DNA of 64,000 nucleotides, taken from contig CBDCJO010000002.1 of assembly GCA_965217865.1 (NCBI GenBank), forward strand, positions 2,560,001 to 2,624,000. Reading direction: 5' to 3'. The DNA is from Candidatus Latescibacterota bacterium. GTDB taxonomy: Bacteria; Latescibacterota; UBA2968; SICM01. This document shows, piece after piece, positions 42,924 to 53,217 of the stretch. Below the pieces are notes generated by a model. It did no database searches. It worked only from the letters and a program-made list of their open reading frames with translations, and was not told the origin of the DNA. The translations under genes were made by a program, and so were the position numbers. The stretch's first letter is position 1, and each line of letters opens with the position of its first letter.

Positions 42924-43742
42924 TTAATGTTCGCTCCCACTTGCACGCGCCAGAAGCTGCACTTCGGGCTTATCTGCGAGCCACAGTTCGTTGACCTTCG
43001 TCGGATCGCCATAATCGTTTCCGGCTCGATCTTTACCCCGGGCAAGATACACCTGGTGTCCCATATGGTGGGTTGCCTTGACTGTGGTCGGCATATACCG
43101 CATCTGGAATCCACAACGGCGCATCGCCCCGGATGTTGCATTGGACCCGTGAATCAGGTAGGCGTCGTGCAGAGAGCAGCGGTTCGGTTCGAGGACACAG
43201 TCGACGGCCTCGGATTCGTCGAACAGATTCGGGTTGACGGTTTGCCGCAGGATATTTTGACTCGGGTCGCTTACGGGTTTATGCTCGCGGTCTCGGTCGC
43301 GGTGTGTGCCCGGGATTACGCGCATACAACCGTTCTCAACCCCGGCCGGGTCGATCGCCAGCCATATTGTGACGACTTCGATCCGATCCGCCAGCGTTTT
43401 CCAGTAAGAGGCGTCTTCGTGCCAGGGGACGCGCTTGCCTGCGGTCGGGAATTTATTGATGAAAGAACTGGCAAATAAGGCGATATCGGGCCCGATCAAA
43501 GGCTCTACCAGGTCGAGCACTTCATCCGCGAGCAACCAATTATTCAGCTTGGGGTCGATGAAATGAGAACGATCGATGACTTCGAGGGGTCGCTTTAGGA
43601 TTTTTCCCCACAACGCCATTCGAGATTCGCAGTGGTTCTTGAGCGCTGCGAATTTGTCGGGTGAAAACACAGGTTTGTCAAAAATGAGGTAACCCTGTTG
43701 TTTGTAAATCTCCGCTTGCTCTGTCGTCAGACGCAACGGCAT
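42924..43742 (-). CDS. Phytanoyl-CoA dioxygenase family protein
   Basis: VPWHED, ENGCMRVIPGTH, LIHGS. Confidence 0.9.
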   Translation of the reverse strand: MPLRLTTEQAEIYKQQGYLIFDKPVFSPDKFAALKNHCESRMALWGKILKRPLEVIDRSHFIDPKLNNWLLADEVLDLVEPLIGPDIALFASSFINKFPTAGKRVPWHEDASYWKTLADRIEVVTIWLAIDPAGVENGCMRVIPGTHRDRDREHKPVSDPSQNILRQTVNPNLFDESEAVDCVLEPNRCSLHDAYLIHGSNATSGAMRRCGFQMRYMPTTVKATHHMGHQVYLARGKDRAGNDYGDPTKVNELWLADKPEVQLLARASGSEH

Positions 43743-43906
43743 GGCAGACCTCTATCTCGGTTCACGTCTCCGACCACAATTTTCATCTTTTCATTCCCCA
43801 AACAGGTGTCGACGAGATCCGTGGTCCTGACTTCCAAGCTGGCACAGGCCCCTTCCCGACTCGATTTTACAGGGGTTGTCCCTCCGTAAATTCCCAACCG
43901 AACCAC

Positions 43907-44227
43907 TCAAGGGTTCTGAAATCGCTGGCGATCCTGTTCCGCTCGATCCCCAAAACTTTGCAGAGGGGTCACATCCCACTTCAGCAAACCCCAGAAGGGC
44001 AAATTCTGCAAAAGCCGACTTACCTCATCGTTGGATTCCGCCTCTATAATGCATACCCCGGCTCTGGCTCCGGCATAAATGCCTCCTGCCCGGATTTTGT
44101 TCTCCTTCTCCAGTTGGGCCATTGCCTCCATACTTGGTATGACCAAGTTCTCTACAATCCCGGCAAGCTGCTCGGGAGGAAGGAGGACACCAGGGTCGAT
44201 GTATTCTCCTTTTACCAGATAAAGCAT
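43907..44227 (-). CDS. Muconolactone isomerase-like dimeric alpha/beta barrel protein
   Basis: IIEAESNDEV..LL..LPFWGLL.WDVTPL; AGGAG RBS. Confidence 0.7.
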   Translation of the reverse strand: MLYLVKGEYIDPGVLLPPEQLAGIVENLVIPSMEAMAQLEKENKIRAGGIYAGARAGVCIIEAESNDEVSRLLQNLPFWGLLKWDVTPLQSFGDRAEQDRQRFQNP

Positions 44228-44301
44228 GGGAATCTCCTATCTATGAGTTTGGGTAGTTTGCACCATTCGCCTGACAGCCAAGGGTTGGCTGGGATTCTTC
44301 A

Positions 44302-44703
44302 TTATCCCCCGGCACCACCGGCTTGAGCTGCGCGAATGACCTCTGTCGTTGCATCATCCAATGCGTGATCGGACAGGCTTATTCCGTGGGCCCCGTTTGC
44401 GGTCGCAAGTTGTGGGTCAGCATCCAACAGGATTTTCAAGTCGTCGACCCTGCCCAAACCTGCCGCCATAAATACATCCAGCTCGACGCCTTTTTGCAAG
44501 AGATATTCCAGAATCTCGCCCGCTTTGCAGTGGGCCGCCCCGTGTTGCGGAAGTTCATCGACTTTTCTGAAATCAGCAGCGTTCATCGCCTCGACGAGGT
44601 CGTCACGTCCTTCCAGAATTTCCCTGACAGCGGGAAAGTCCCCGTGGGTCGGGCCGACAAGACCGGATTCGTCCAAAAGGGCGATAGCTTCTTCGTGTGT
44701 CAT
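44302..44703 (-). CDS. Ankyrin repeat protein
   Basis: AAH.....ILEYLLQKG...DVFMAAGLG...GAHGISL. Confidence 0.75.
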   Translation of the reverse strand: MTHEEAIALLDESGLVGPTHGDFPAVREILEGRDDLVEAMNAADFRKVDELPQHGAAHCKAGEILEYLLQKGVELDVFMAAGLGRVDDLKILLDADPQLATANGAHGISLSDHALDDATTEVIRAAQAGGAGG

Positions 44704-44724
44704 TCCTTGCTCTCCTCAGCCAGG

Positions 44725-45039
44725 TTATTTTAACTCACCAAACGCAAACGCCTGCTCCATCTCCTCCACTATCATCTTTCCCTCTTCGTCGGTTTCCATC
44801 ATCGTTGCCATATACGCCCCCCAACGCTCGTTCGCCGGCCCCTGCAGGCTGCGCTCAAAGTGCTCCTGGGAAGGCGCGGTGGCGTAAAGGAAGAGCCGGC
44901 CCTCGTAGTGGTAGATCACCATGTTCACATCGTTGGTACGCATCGCCTCGGCGATCTCGGGCCACAGTTCGTCGTGTGCTTTTTTGTAATCCGGATAGCG
45001 GTCCTGCTTTAGCTTATAAGTCAAACCCGTCGAATACAT
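44725..45039 (-). CDS. L-rhamnose mutarotase family protein
   Basis: YKKAHDELWPEI...LFLY...RWGAYM. Confidence 0.8.
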   Translation of the reverse strand: MYSTGLTYKLKQDRYPDYKKAHDELWPEIAEAMRTNDVNMVIYHYEGRLFLYATAPSQEHFERSLQGPANERWGAYMATMMETDEEGKMIVEEMEQAFAFGELK

Positions 45040-45113
45040 AATCGCCTCCCGAGGGGAAAAGAGTTAACTCCAATCGTCTTTGTTCCATTAACACGCGACG
45101 AGCGTCCGGCACA

Positions 45114-45857
45114 TCAAGAGGACCGGAACTCCATGAGCCCGCCCGTGGGCTTGTAACCCGAAGGTTCCAGCACAACGATCGTCGGTCGCCCGTCCGCCAA
45201 CTGGGGCAATGGGAAGGTCACCGTGTGGTGGCGAGTGTAAATAACCGGATCGTTGGAACGGCGGTTGAGGAATACATCGAGAGGGGTCATGCCGACCGCG
45301 TCCGGACCCCCCAGCGGCGGCAGGGCATAATGCATGGGCACGATCCACGTGGGCTTGAGAAATTCGATCATCGGTTCGAGATCGTCAAGCTTGACGGTGT
45401 TCTTTTCTCCGACAATGGCCATCAGCACATCGCATTTGCCTTTCCAGGGAGCCAGCTCTTCCTCACCTAGGCCGTAGCCCAGATCGCCCAGGTGTGCGAA
45501 CCACAGGCCGCCGGCTTTGAAGGCGTACATCGCGTTGTCCATCGGCGTATGAAGATCATGGTCGGGGGCCTCCGCAGTCGCGATCGTTACCAAGGCCTCG
45601 CCGTTGATCGTCGCGGATTCCTCCCCAGCCACCAGGTCCAACGCGTTGATGACGCGCGGATTGCCATCCACCAACCCGACATTGCTGTGCGCCGTGTCTG
45701 TCAGAGAACTTACGATGACGGTGTCCGCATCGAGACGATGACCATCATCTTCCAATAGTACCTCCTTCGGGGAATAGGGGTCCATAACGATTGTCGGCCT
45801 GCCGTCCTCCCACAGGCGGAAACACGCGTGACCGATAAATTCGAGTTGCAGGGACAT
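45114..45857 (-). CDS. MBL-fold metallo-hydrolase (degenerate metal motif)
   Basis: GHACF, MDPY, AHLGDLG, VPMHY. Confidence 0.8.
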   Translation of the reverse strand: MSLQLEFIGHACFRLWEDGRPTIVMDPYSPKEVLLEDDGHRLDADTVIVSSLTDTAHSNVGLVDGNPRVINALDLVAGEESATINGEALVTIATAEAPDHDLHTPMDNAMYAFKAGGLWFAHLGDLGYGLGEEELAPWKGKCDVLMAIVGEKNTVKLDDLEPMIEFLKPTWIVPMHYALPPLGGPDAVGMTPLDVFLNRRSNDPVIYTRHHTVTFPLPQLADGRPTIVVLEPSGYKPTGGLMEFRSS

Positions 45858-45885
45858 GGTTAAACCTCCTCAGCATGTTCAGGTC

Positions 45886-46500
45886 AAAATGTCATTCTGA
45901 GAGTTATCGATTTCTTTTAGTCAATGAGATAATTCAAACCAAGTATGTCATTCTGAGCCCCTTCGACAAGCTCAGGGCGGGCTCCGGCGAAGAATCTCTG
46001 TTTTCGGATCCCTCTGAAATAGTTTAAAACGATGACCTGTTCCCGTTGAGATCCTTCGCTATCGCTCAGGATGACATTTATGTCACGTGATATTGGGTCG
46101 ATTTTAAAGCGAGCTTATCAAGAGGCCCTTTGTCGATTTCTCTTTGTCTAATAAATAATCCAAACCAAGTATGTCATTCTGAGCCGAAGGCGAAGAATCT
46201 CTGTTTTCACCCATCCTCTTCACCGCATTCCGTGAAAACTCTGGCGAAGAATCTCTGTTTTCGCCGAACCCCCTTCGCGCCTCAGGGAAAACTCCGGCGA
46301 AGAACCTCTGTTTTCGAATCTCTCTGAAATATTTAAAAACGAATGGCCTGTTCCTGTTGAGATCCTTCGCTATCGCTCAGGATGACATTTATGTCACGTG
46401 ATATTGAGTTGATTTTAAAGCAAGCTTATCATGAGCCACTTCGGCTCACTTCGTTCGCTCGGGCAGGCTCCCCGAAGAATCTCTGTTTTCTGATTCCCTC
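45886..46500. repeat. Composite palindromic (REP-like) repeats, left of the GIY-YIG gene
   Basis: ATGTCATTCTGAG...CGAAGAATCTC...GAGATCCTTCGCTATCGCTCAGGATGACAT, two full units plus partial ones. Confidence 0.85.
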
Positions 46501-46507
46501 TGATTGG

Positions 46508-46843
46508 TCAAAGGTCTGAGGGACCCTCTCCATTATATCCTTCAGTAACCCATTCAGCGCTTAAGTCTTTCCACCCTGGATTCAAAGATTCTATAGTCTC
46601 AATTTTCTTTGACCTGACCCATCCTTTTATCTGTTTTTTCCTCGATAAGGCCGACCTAATATCATTAAATACTTCATAGAAGACCAATCGAGTGATGTTG
46701 TACTTTTCAGAAAAACCTTTTAGCAACTTATTCTTGTGCTCATTCATGCGCCGTTCAAGGTTGTTGGTTAGTCCAGTATAAAGCGTACCCGATTTGTTGG
46801 TCATAATATAAACATAATACTGATGCAAACCCTTCATCTCCAT
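46508..46843 (-). CDS. GIY-YIG nuclease family protein (UPF0213-like)
   Basis: YYVYIMTN..GTLYTGLTNNLERR..EH...KQIKGW.R.KK...NP.WKDL. Confidence 0.9.
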   Translation of the reverse strand: MEMKGLHQYYVYIMTNKSGTLYTGLTNNLERRMNEHKNKLLKGFSEKYNITRLVFYEVFNDIRSALSRKKQIKGWVRSKKIETIESLNPGWKDLSAEWVTEGYNGEGPSDL

Positions 46844-46849
46844 TTGAAT

Positions 46850-47153
46850 TCGGCGAAGAGATTTATCGATTTCTCTTCGTCTATGAGACTGAGGGAATCA
46901 AAAATGTCATCTTGAGCCACCGGCGAAGAATCTCTGTTTTCGGATCCCTTTGAACAGTTTAAAAACGATCCCCTTTTCCCGTTGAGATCCTTCGCTATCG
47001 CTCAGGATGACATTTAGGTCTCGTGATATTGGATCGATTTTAAAGCACGCTTATCCTGAGCCCTTTATCGATTTCTCTTCGTCTATGAGACTGAGGGAAT
47101 CAAAAATGTCATTCTGAGCCACCGGCGAAGAATCTCTGTTTTCGGATTCCCTC
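46850..47153. repeat. Same composite palindromic repeat, right of the GIY-YIG gene
   Basis: One full unit (about 200 bp) and one partial unit, same orientation as on the left. Confidence 0.85.
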
Positions 47154-47945
47154 TCAAGGTTCATGTTCCGGGAAATCCTTCTTGTATCGGTGAAGCAATG
47201 CTTCTACATCGTTCCCCACGATATATATCTTGCCCCGAATGTGTTTGCTTTCGCCGGGCTTCAATCCCCCGATCCGAAAGTCGGAATGGATGCACTGCAA
47301 GACGCCCTGGAATAGTTCCTGGTACGGTTCCCAGGCCGTGGCCAGGATCGTGTCTTCGTCCCTGGAAAAACACCCAACCAATCCGTTGCTCGGGACGAGT
47401 GCATTCAGTGGGCGGGGATTGACATCTGTACTGGGGATATCACGCGGACACCACACCTGTCCGGGGGTGTAACGCGCCGACGTGTTCCAGCCGGGAGTGG
47501 GCATTCGTGCGAGTTCATTGTCAAGGAAAACGAAGCATCTCCTGATGTAGACGTATGGATCCTCGGCGTCCTCAGATCCAGTGAACGCACCGACACGGAT
47601 ACAGGGCTGTGCCCAGTGCGCTTCCGATTCGGTGTCGGTCGGGTTGTGTGCTGTGAGTTGGAAGTCGATCTCGTCCGCGCCGGTCGTGATCGCGTGCGAC
47701 ACCACGCATCCGTCAGAGAGCTCGGTCTCCAAATCTAGCCTCGTACCGCCTGCATCACCGGACAGCAGAACGGTCCTGTGGCTGATCAAGGTGTCCTTCC
47801 ACTCACGATCGTGGGAACCCGCGCGGCAGAAGGCTTCGAGGTAGTTGACGTCAACTCCGCCTGCAAAAAGGCCTGTCCCTTGAATCGACAGGATACTTTC
47901 GTTCCAGGAAATGCGGAGACTGAGGGGTATCGAACCCATTGTCAA
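47154..47945 (-). CDS. Hypothetical protein
   Basis: 263-aa ORF co-oriented with its neighbours; no motif recognised. Confidence 0.65.
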   Translation of the reverse strand: MTMGSIPLSLRISWNESILSIQGTGLFAGGVDVNYLEAFCRAGSHDREWKDTLISHRTVLLSGDAGGTRLDLETELSDGCVVSHAITTGADEIDFQLTAHNPTDTESEAHWAQPCIRVGAFTGSEDAEDPYVYIRRCFVFLDNELARMPTPGWNTSARYTPGQVWCPRDIPSTDVNPRPLNALVPSNGLVGCFSRDEDTILATAWEPYQELFQGVLQCIHSDFRIGGLKPGESKHIRGKIYIVGNDVEALLHRYKKDFPEHEP

Positions 47946-48018
47946 TCGTTCTCGGCTTAGCGTGTCCGGTCATCCAACCATCTTATCAGGCGTCCTACGG
48001 ATTCAGTCGGTTTTCTTT

Positions 48019-48651
48019 TCAAGCAAATCGATAACTCGCGTGTGTATCGTAATCGACTCCATGCTTCTTTTTTAACGACTGAATGTAGGTTAAAGTACTC
48101 TCGGTATGTGGACTTGCCACCCCACCGTCAGGCATTTTCTCGAATGTGTGAAGAAGTGTCTCTTCAAGCATTTCCCCGATCGTCATGTTCTTGTGGGTTG
48201 CCAGGTCCTCCATCAACCCCAAGAGCCGATTTTCAATTCGTGCTGTAACAGGCTTCCTGTCGACTTCTATCTTCGGCTCCCGGGCCGGTATGCCCTGGCT
48301 AAAGCGGATGATGTGTCCGTTCGGGTCTTTCACCTGGATTTCTCTGCATCCCCACGGTTCATCCTTGGGTCCGTGCACAACCTCCGCCCCCAATTCAGTT
48401 ATCCTCTGGTAATACCCATCCACATCATCCATAAAAATTGACATCCAGGTTCCCGGATTCCCTTGCCCTTTGAGGCAGAAAAAGATTTCAACCTTATCGA
48501 GACCGACACACCCAAAGGAAGGCGGGTTGCCCCAGTCCCAGTGAAGTTTAAAGAGCAGTTTATTCGTATAGTAGTCCACGGCTTCCTGAAAGTCGTTGAC
48601 GCACAGTATGGGTGTCAAACATTCCGTTGAAATCTTCTTTATATCGCTCAT
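48019..48651 (-). CDS. VOC/glyoxalase family protein with a C-terminal extension
   Basis: PKDEPWGCREIQVKDPNGHIIRF; AGGAGG RBS. Confidence 0.85.
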   Translation of the reverse strand: MSDIKKISTECLTPILCVNDFQEAVDYYTNKLLFKLHWDWGNPPSFGCVGLDKVEIFFCLKGQGNPGTWMSIFMDDVDGYYQRITELGAEVVHGPKDEPWGCREIQVKDPNGHIIRFSQGIPAREPKIEVDRKPVTARIENRLLGLMEDLATHKNMTIGEMLEETLLHTFEKMPDGGVASPHTESTLTYIQSLKKKHGVDYDTHASYRFA

Positions 48652-48682
48652 CGGTTCACCTCCTGATTAAGCCAGACCTGTA

Positions 48683-49891
48683 TTACTTCAAATCCGTAAT
48701 CGAATCTTTGACTGCCTGAATCGTATCATCAATATCTTGATCCGTGTGTGCCAGGGATAGAAACATGGGGTGACGTGGATGCAGATAAAAGCCGCGAGCC
48801 AGACAGCCTTGAAGCATTTTAATACAGCGGTCTCGATCCTCTTCCTTCATTATCGGTTTCGGCATGGGCCCCACTCCACTCAGGCTATAGCCCAGACCTC
48901 CTTCTTCACAAACCTGGTTAACCCCTTCTATCAGGCGGCTGCCCAGCGTCCACTGATAGTCAATGCCATCGCGGCGCTTCATTTCTCCGATCACGGCTTC
49001 GATCGCCACCAGACTTGGCAAATCGCAGTGAAAAGTCGCTGCGAGCCAGACCGCCTGGCATTTTTCTGAGCTTAATATTTCTTTCTTCCCGGTGACAAAA
49101 CTCGCGGGGTAACCATTGCCGCACGCTTTGCCGTAAGTGGCCAGATCAGGGGTTACGCCGTAAAGCTCGCTTGCGCCCCCAAAAGCTACTCGAAACCCGA
49201 CTTTGATTTCATCAAACACACAAAGCGCGCCGTACTGATGCGTCAGGGAAAGCGCGTCTTGAAGAAATCCCACCGGGGGGCCGGCGTCGCGAATCGTTTC
49301 CTGAATCAGGCAAGCCACCTGATTTTCGTTTTGTTTCAATGCATCTTCCAGCGCGTTCAAATCACCATAGGGAATTTCCAGTGTCAACTCGCCCACCTGC
49401 TGGGGGACTCCAGGATCCCGTGGATAAGCCCAGTCGTGCCAGCCGTGATAACCGCATCGTATAATTTTATCCCGTCCCGTGTAGGCCCTGGCCAGACGCA
49501 CCGCCGCAGTGGTCGCCGAGCTTCCGCCAATCACAAAGCCCAGCATATCCGCCCCGGGAATCAATTCCAGCAACAGCTCTGCGACTTCAAGCTCTTTGGG
49601 ATGCGCGGTTGTGTATACGGTCCCCTCCTCCATCTGTCTGCGAACCGCTTCGTTCACTACGGGGTCGTTGTGTCCCAGGAGAATGGGGCCAAACCCGAGC
49701 AGGAAATCCAGATATTCATTTCCATCCACATCCCAGAATCGTGCGCCGGAAGCTCGCTGTGTAAAAACAGGATAGCCCATCCCGAGCATATCATGACTGC
49801 GTTTGTGTCCCTGACACCCACGAATAATGATTTCGTCGGAACGGGCAAGCATCTTTTTCGAAGTTTCAATGTTGTAAGGCTTCACAGGCAT
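48683..49891 (-). CDS. Class III aminotransferase (glutamate-1-semialdehyde aminomutase-like)
   Basis: WDVDGNEYLD, VFDEIKVGFR, PDLATYGK. Confidence 0.9.
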   Translation of the reverse strand: MPVKPYNIETSKKMLARSDEIIIRGCQGHKRSHDMLGMGYPVFTQRASGARFWDVDGNEYLDFLLGFGPILLGHNDPVVNEAVRRQMEEGTVYTTAHPKELEVAELLLELIPGADMLGFVIGGSSATTAAVRLARAYTGRDKIIRCGYHGWHDWAYPRDPGVPQQVGELTLEIPYGDLNALEDALKQNENQVACLIQETIRDAGPPVGFLQDALSLTHQYGALCVFDEIKVGFRVAFGGASELYGVTPDLATYGKACGNGYPASFVTGKKEILSSEKCQAVWLAATFHCDLPSLVAIEAVIGEMKRRDGIDYQWTLGSRLIEGVNQVCEEGGLGYSLSGVGPMPKPIMKEEDRDRCIKMLQGCLARGFYLHPRHPMFLSLAHTDQDIDDTIQAVKDSITDLK

Positions 49892-49907
49892 TTATGATAC
49901 ATCCACA

Positions 49908-51152
49908 CTATTTGTCCCCGGGCGACAAAGTTATCGTTGCTTTCTGTTTTCCGGGATTGAATTCGGCCGTGTAGCAAGAACCATCAACCTCAAGCTCGTA
50001 TGTGCCGAAAAAGCCTCGGAATTGGAGAAGTCCCTGAGCATCAATTTCGCCGGAACCTTTCGTAACCCAATCGGTCTTGACGAGACGCTCATACGTCTGA
50101 GCCGCTGGAGTTGGGGACCAATCCCTGCGCCACAGGTGAGCTTCCGTGTGCCATCCCTCGTGGGCCTGGAGCTCCACCCCGTGCGGCCACATCTCAGGCT
50201 CCCAAAAACCCCAACGATTTATGCCCACCACTGCTGGATGCGCAAAACACAGGCCATAAAGGCGCTCTAGATCTGTCGCATACTGCTTCTCATCAGTGGC
50301 CTGAACCCCGAACTCTGTAACCCGGATCGAGAGGTTGAATTGCGACAGGGCTTCGAGTTTCTCCCACATTTCTTCCTCACCCGGGATTGTCTTACCAAAG
50401 AAGTGGCCCTGAAGGCCAATCCCTCCCACAGGCACCCCTGCATCCGTCAATGACCGTATCAGTTCAATGTATCGTGGGGTCTTATCGCCGGCAAGGATGC
50501 TGTTTTCATTGAGGTAGAAGGTTGCAGAGGGGTCAATCTCGTTCGCCCACCGGAAATATGGTTCTAAGGTTTGGATACCCAGGACATTGCTGAAATAGTC
50601 TCCGAGCTCGAGCCTTTGTTTCCCCAGGACCTCATTGTTAAGGACATAGTCAGATATTTTTCCTTCGAAAAGAGTTAGAACATGACGCAGTTGGCGCTTC
50701 ATGGCCTTTTCAAGATCGTCCTTCTTCAGCTCCCTCACCCAGGGCTGGACGAAAGGCAGTTGCTCATCTGCCGGATCGGCATCGTCGAGACCGTCCGATC
50801 CATAGAATATCGCATGACCCAGTGTTTTCTTCTGATGTTTTTTACACCAGTCCGCTATCGAGAGGTAAGGCTGATCATTGTACTTGGACGGTTCCGGTTC
50901 GATGGCATGCCAGAAGATGGGGATCAGGATGGAATTGAAATATTTGTCAATGTGCAGAAGGTAGTCTCGTCGATCGCTGTTTGTCTCGGGGCGCATGAAA
51001 TAGGAACGAAATAAGACGGTTCCTAATTCAAAGTTCAAGCGGGTCAGAGTGAAAGTGACCTTTGTCCCCTGGGATGCACCGACAAAGTTTATCGAAAAAT
51101 GGCCTTTTCTATTCTGCTCTATGAGTGAACTCAGATTCATATCGTCTATCAC
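49908..51152 (-). CDS. GH10 family glycoside hydrolase (endo-xylanase-like)
   Basis: GHAIF, VLNNE, YLNE, GIGLQGH, VTEFGV, FRGFFGTY. Confidence 0.85.
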   Translation of the reverse strand: MIDDMNLSSLIEQNRKGHFSINFVGASQGTKVTFTLTRLNFELGTVLFRSYFMRPETNSDRRDYLLHIDKYFNSILIPIFWHAIEPEPSKYNDQPYLSIADWCKKHQKKTLGHAIFYGSDGLDDADPADEQLPFVQPWVRELKKDDLEKAMKRQLRHVLTLFEGKISDYVLNNEVLGKQRLELGDYFSNVLGIQTLEPYFRWANEIDPSATFYLNENSILAGDKTPRYIELIRSLTDAGVPVGGIGLQGHFFGKTIPGEEEMWEKLEALSQFNLSIRVTEFGVQATDEKQYATDLERLYGLCFAHPAVVGINRWGFWEPEMWPHGVELQAHEGWHTEAHLWRRDWSPTPAAQTYERLVKTDWVTKGSGEIDAQGLLQFRGFFGTYELEVDGSCYTAEFNPGKQKATITLSPGDK

Positions 51153-51185
51153 AAGGCTGACGGGCTTGGTCAGCCTGCAGAATCC

Positions 51186-53207
51186 TCATGTCTTGTTGAT
51201 GGCGACGCAGCCGCCCTGCGGCACATCGAGCTCCACAAGCAGGTCTCGGTTCGCGCGGGGAAACGAAGTCTCCGACAGCGGCGACAAGTCGTAGTTCCGC
51301 ACCGTGGCCGAGAATTCGCCCTCTATGTTCAGGAGGACGGTATGGATCCAGTCCTCATTGGTGCAATTGAAAAGATAGATCTCTTCGGCGGTTTCGTTCA
51401 AGGGCACCTTGAGCGCCGGATGAGCGGCATAGCTTACAAAGGCCTTCTTCCCGCTCTCGACGACGATAGTCGAGAAGTTCACGTCGTTCTGCACAGGCCG
51501 CATCCGCCCGGTTCGGAACGACTCCTTGTGTTCGTGGTAGAAAGAAAGCCACACCTTGATGAGGCGGCGGTGCGCTTCGGGCATGTTCACGATGTCGGCA
51601 CCGACCTGGGGAACACTGCAGACGGCGATGGTCGAGAGCATTTTCGCAACCGTTTCGTTGCTCTCTTCGATGTGCCACCACTGGGGGTCGGAGTGAACGG
51701 CGATCCCGGGCGGTATGTGTGATCGCATCAGGACGCACTGCCGGCGGTTCATGTCGTAGGCGCCTGCCTGGCCGGAGTCGGCTGAGCGGTGTTGGGTCGC
51801 GTGGTAGAGATTATAGAGGTTCGAGTACCGCGGCCTGAACTCGATCAGCGCGCCGGGGTTGGCACGGTACACGGATGACGTCACGCGGGCGAGGCCGTCC
51901 GCCATGGCGAGGCCGACGGAATCGTAGTTGTGCTCATGGTCCGAGACGCAGGGATGCGTTGTGGTGAATTCGAGCATGTCCATACAAAAACCGTCCAGCT
52001 CGTAATCGTTCATGAGTGTCTCGACGAGTTGCTCCACGTAACGTTGGGTGGCCGGATGGCGCGGGCACAGATACGAGGTGCAGATGTTGTACTCGGGATG
52101 GGAGGGGTCCAGGTCTACCTGAATCGTTGCGTCCTCGAGTTTCTTTCTGGCGCGCGTCCTGCTCCCCACAAGCCAAGGCGAAATCCACGGAAGCCATTTC
52201 ATGCCGATGCCGCGCATCCTTTGCACGAACGATTTCATATCGGAGAACTGCCTGGACGGGACGAAGTCACCAATGGTGTCGGGATAGCCCCAACCGGTGG
52301 AGTCGCCTTGCATATCGACGTCTTCCTCCACGAACCAGGAGCCGGAGTTGGTGATGGCCCCGAAGCCGAGGTCGCGCGCGACCACCGCCATGTCCCACAG
52401 TTCACGGGTGCCGAGCGCCTCCTGGGGAAGCGTGGCCCACTGGCCTTCCGGGGCGCCCCACGGGACCCACATGGGTTCCCAGGCTGCGTCGGGGCTCGGG
52501 CGGAAGGTCCTGCCGGTCGCGCGGTCGTAGGCGCTGCGGAGCTCCTCCATCGTGTCGAACCATGACAGGCCACTGGAGACGAAGATACCGTCACGGTGCT
52601 CGGTGAGATCGTGAAGTACGTGTCCCTCTGAGGGACGCTCGAGCCAGTAGCGTGTGGCGCCGCGTCCGGGGCCTCGAGCACTTTGGGTGTTGGCCAGGTA
52701 GTGCAGTTCCGTTTCGTAGCGCTGGTCCAGATAACCGACCGCGAGTTTCACCGTGCCCCTCCGGTTCAACGCCAGGATGATGGGGATGCCGGAGTTCGCC
52801 ATCGTCCGCTCCGAGTCCATCTCCGCTTCGCGCGTCAGCCACTGCAGCCCGATGCGGTCACCGCAGAAACTGTGCAACCCGACTGCCTCCACCCACTGCG
52901 AGAGATGATATGGGATCCACACGCGGTCCAAATCCACGGAAGAGCCCCGTGCCTCGAGTACGCAGCGGCGCAGCGTGAAGGCTTCACCCGAGTCCCGGGT
53001 TAAGGTGAACGTAACGAGCGTGTGTCCTTCGGCGTCGTGTTCCTCCAGCCGAAGAGAGTAGTCGTGCGCTTTGTACGTCGCGGGGAACCCCTCGCCTGGT
53101 CCGGGCACGCGCTCCCAGCCCGCAGCCAGCGGGTCCAGCTCAAAGCTGAGACTGAATTCCGCCTCGTTGATTTGCAGTTGTATGTCCGTCGCAGGATTCA
53201 CGGGCAT
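51186..53207 (-). CDS. GH36/alpha-galactosidase-like glycoside hydrolase
   Basis: WISPWLVG, YLCP, YELDGFCMD (Met where Lys is usual), LIEFR. Confidence 0.7.
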   Translation of the reverse strand: MPVNPATDIQLQINEAEFSLSFELDPLAAGWERVPGPGEGFPATYKAHDYSLRLEEHDAEGHTLVTFTLTRDSGEAFTLRRCVLEARGSSVDLDRVWIPYHLSQWVEAVGLHSFCGDRIGLQWLTREAEMDSERTMANSGIPIILALNRRGTVKLAVGYLDQRYETELHYLANTQSARGPGRGATRYWLERPSEGHVLHDLTEHRDGIFVSSGLSWFDTMEELRSAYDRATGRTFRPSPDAAWEPMWVPWGAPEGQWATLPQEALGTRELWDMAVVARDLGFGAITNSGSWFVEEDVDMQGDSTGWGYPDTIGDFVPSRQFSDMKSFVQRMRGIGMKWLPWISPWLVGSRTRARKKLEDATIQVDLDPSHPEYNICTSYLCPRHPATQRYVEQLVETLMNDYELDGFCMDMLEFTTTHPCVSDHEHNYDSVGLAMADGLARVTSSVYRANPGALIEFRPRYSNLYNLYHATQHRSADSGQAGAYDMNRRQCVLMRSHIPPGIAVHSDPQWWHIEESNETVAKMLSTIAVCSVPQVGADIVNMPEAHRRLIKVWLSFYHEHKESFRTGRMRPVQNDVNFSTIVVESGKKAFVSYAAHPALKVPLNETAEEIYLFNCTNEDWIHTVLLNIEGEFSATVRNYDLSPLSETSFPRANRDLLVELDVPQGGCVAINKT

Positions 53208-53217
53208 CCGAGAATTG

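Noticed and set aside
45886-47153. CRISPR array
   Set aside because: Units are long, irregular and degenerate, without unique constant-length spacers; no cas genes nearby.
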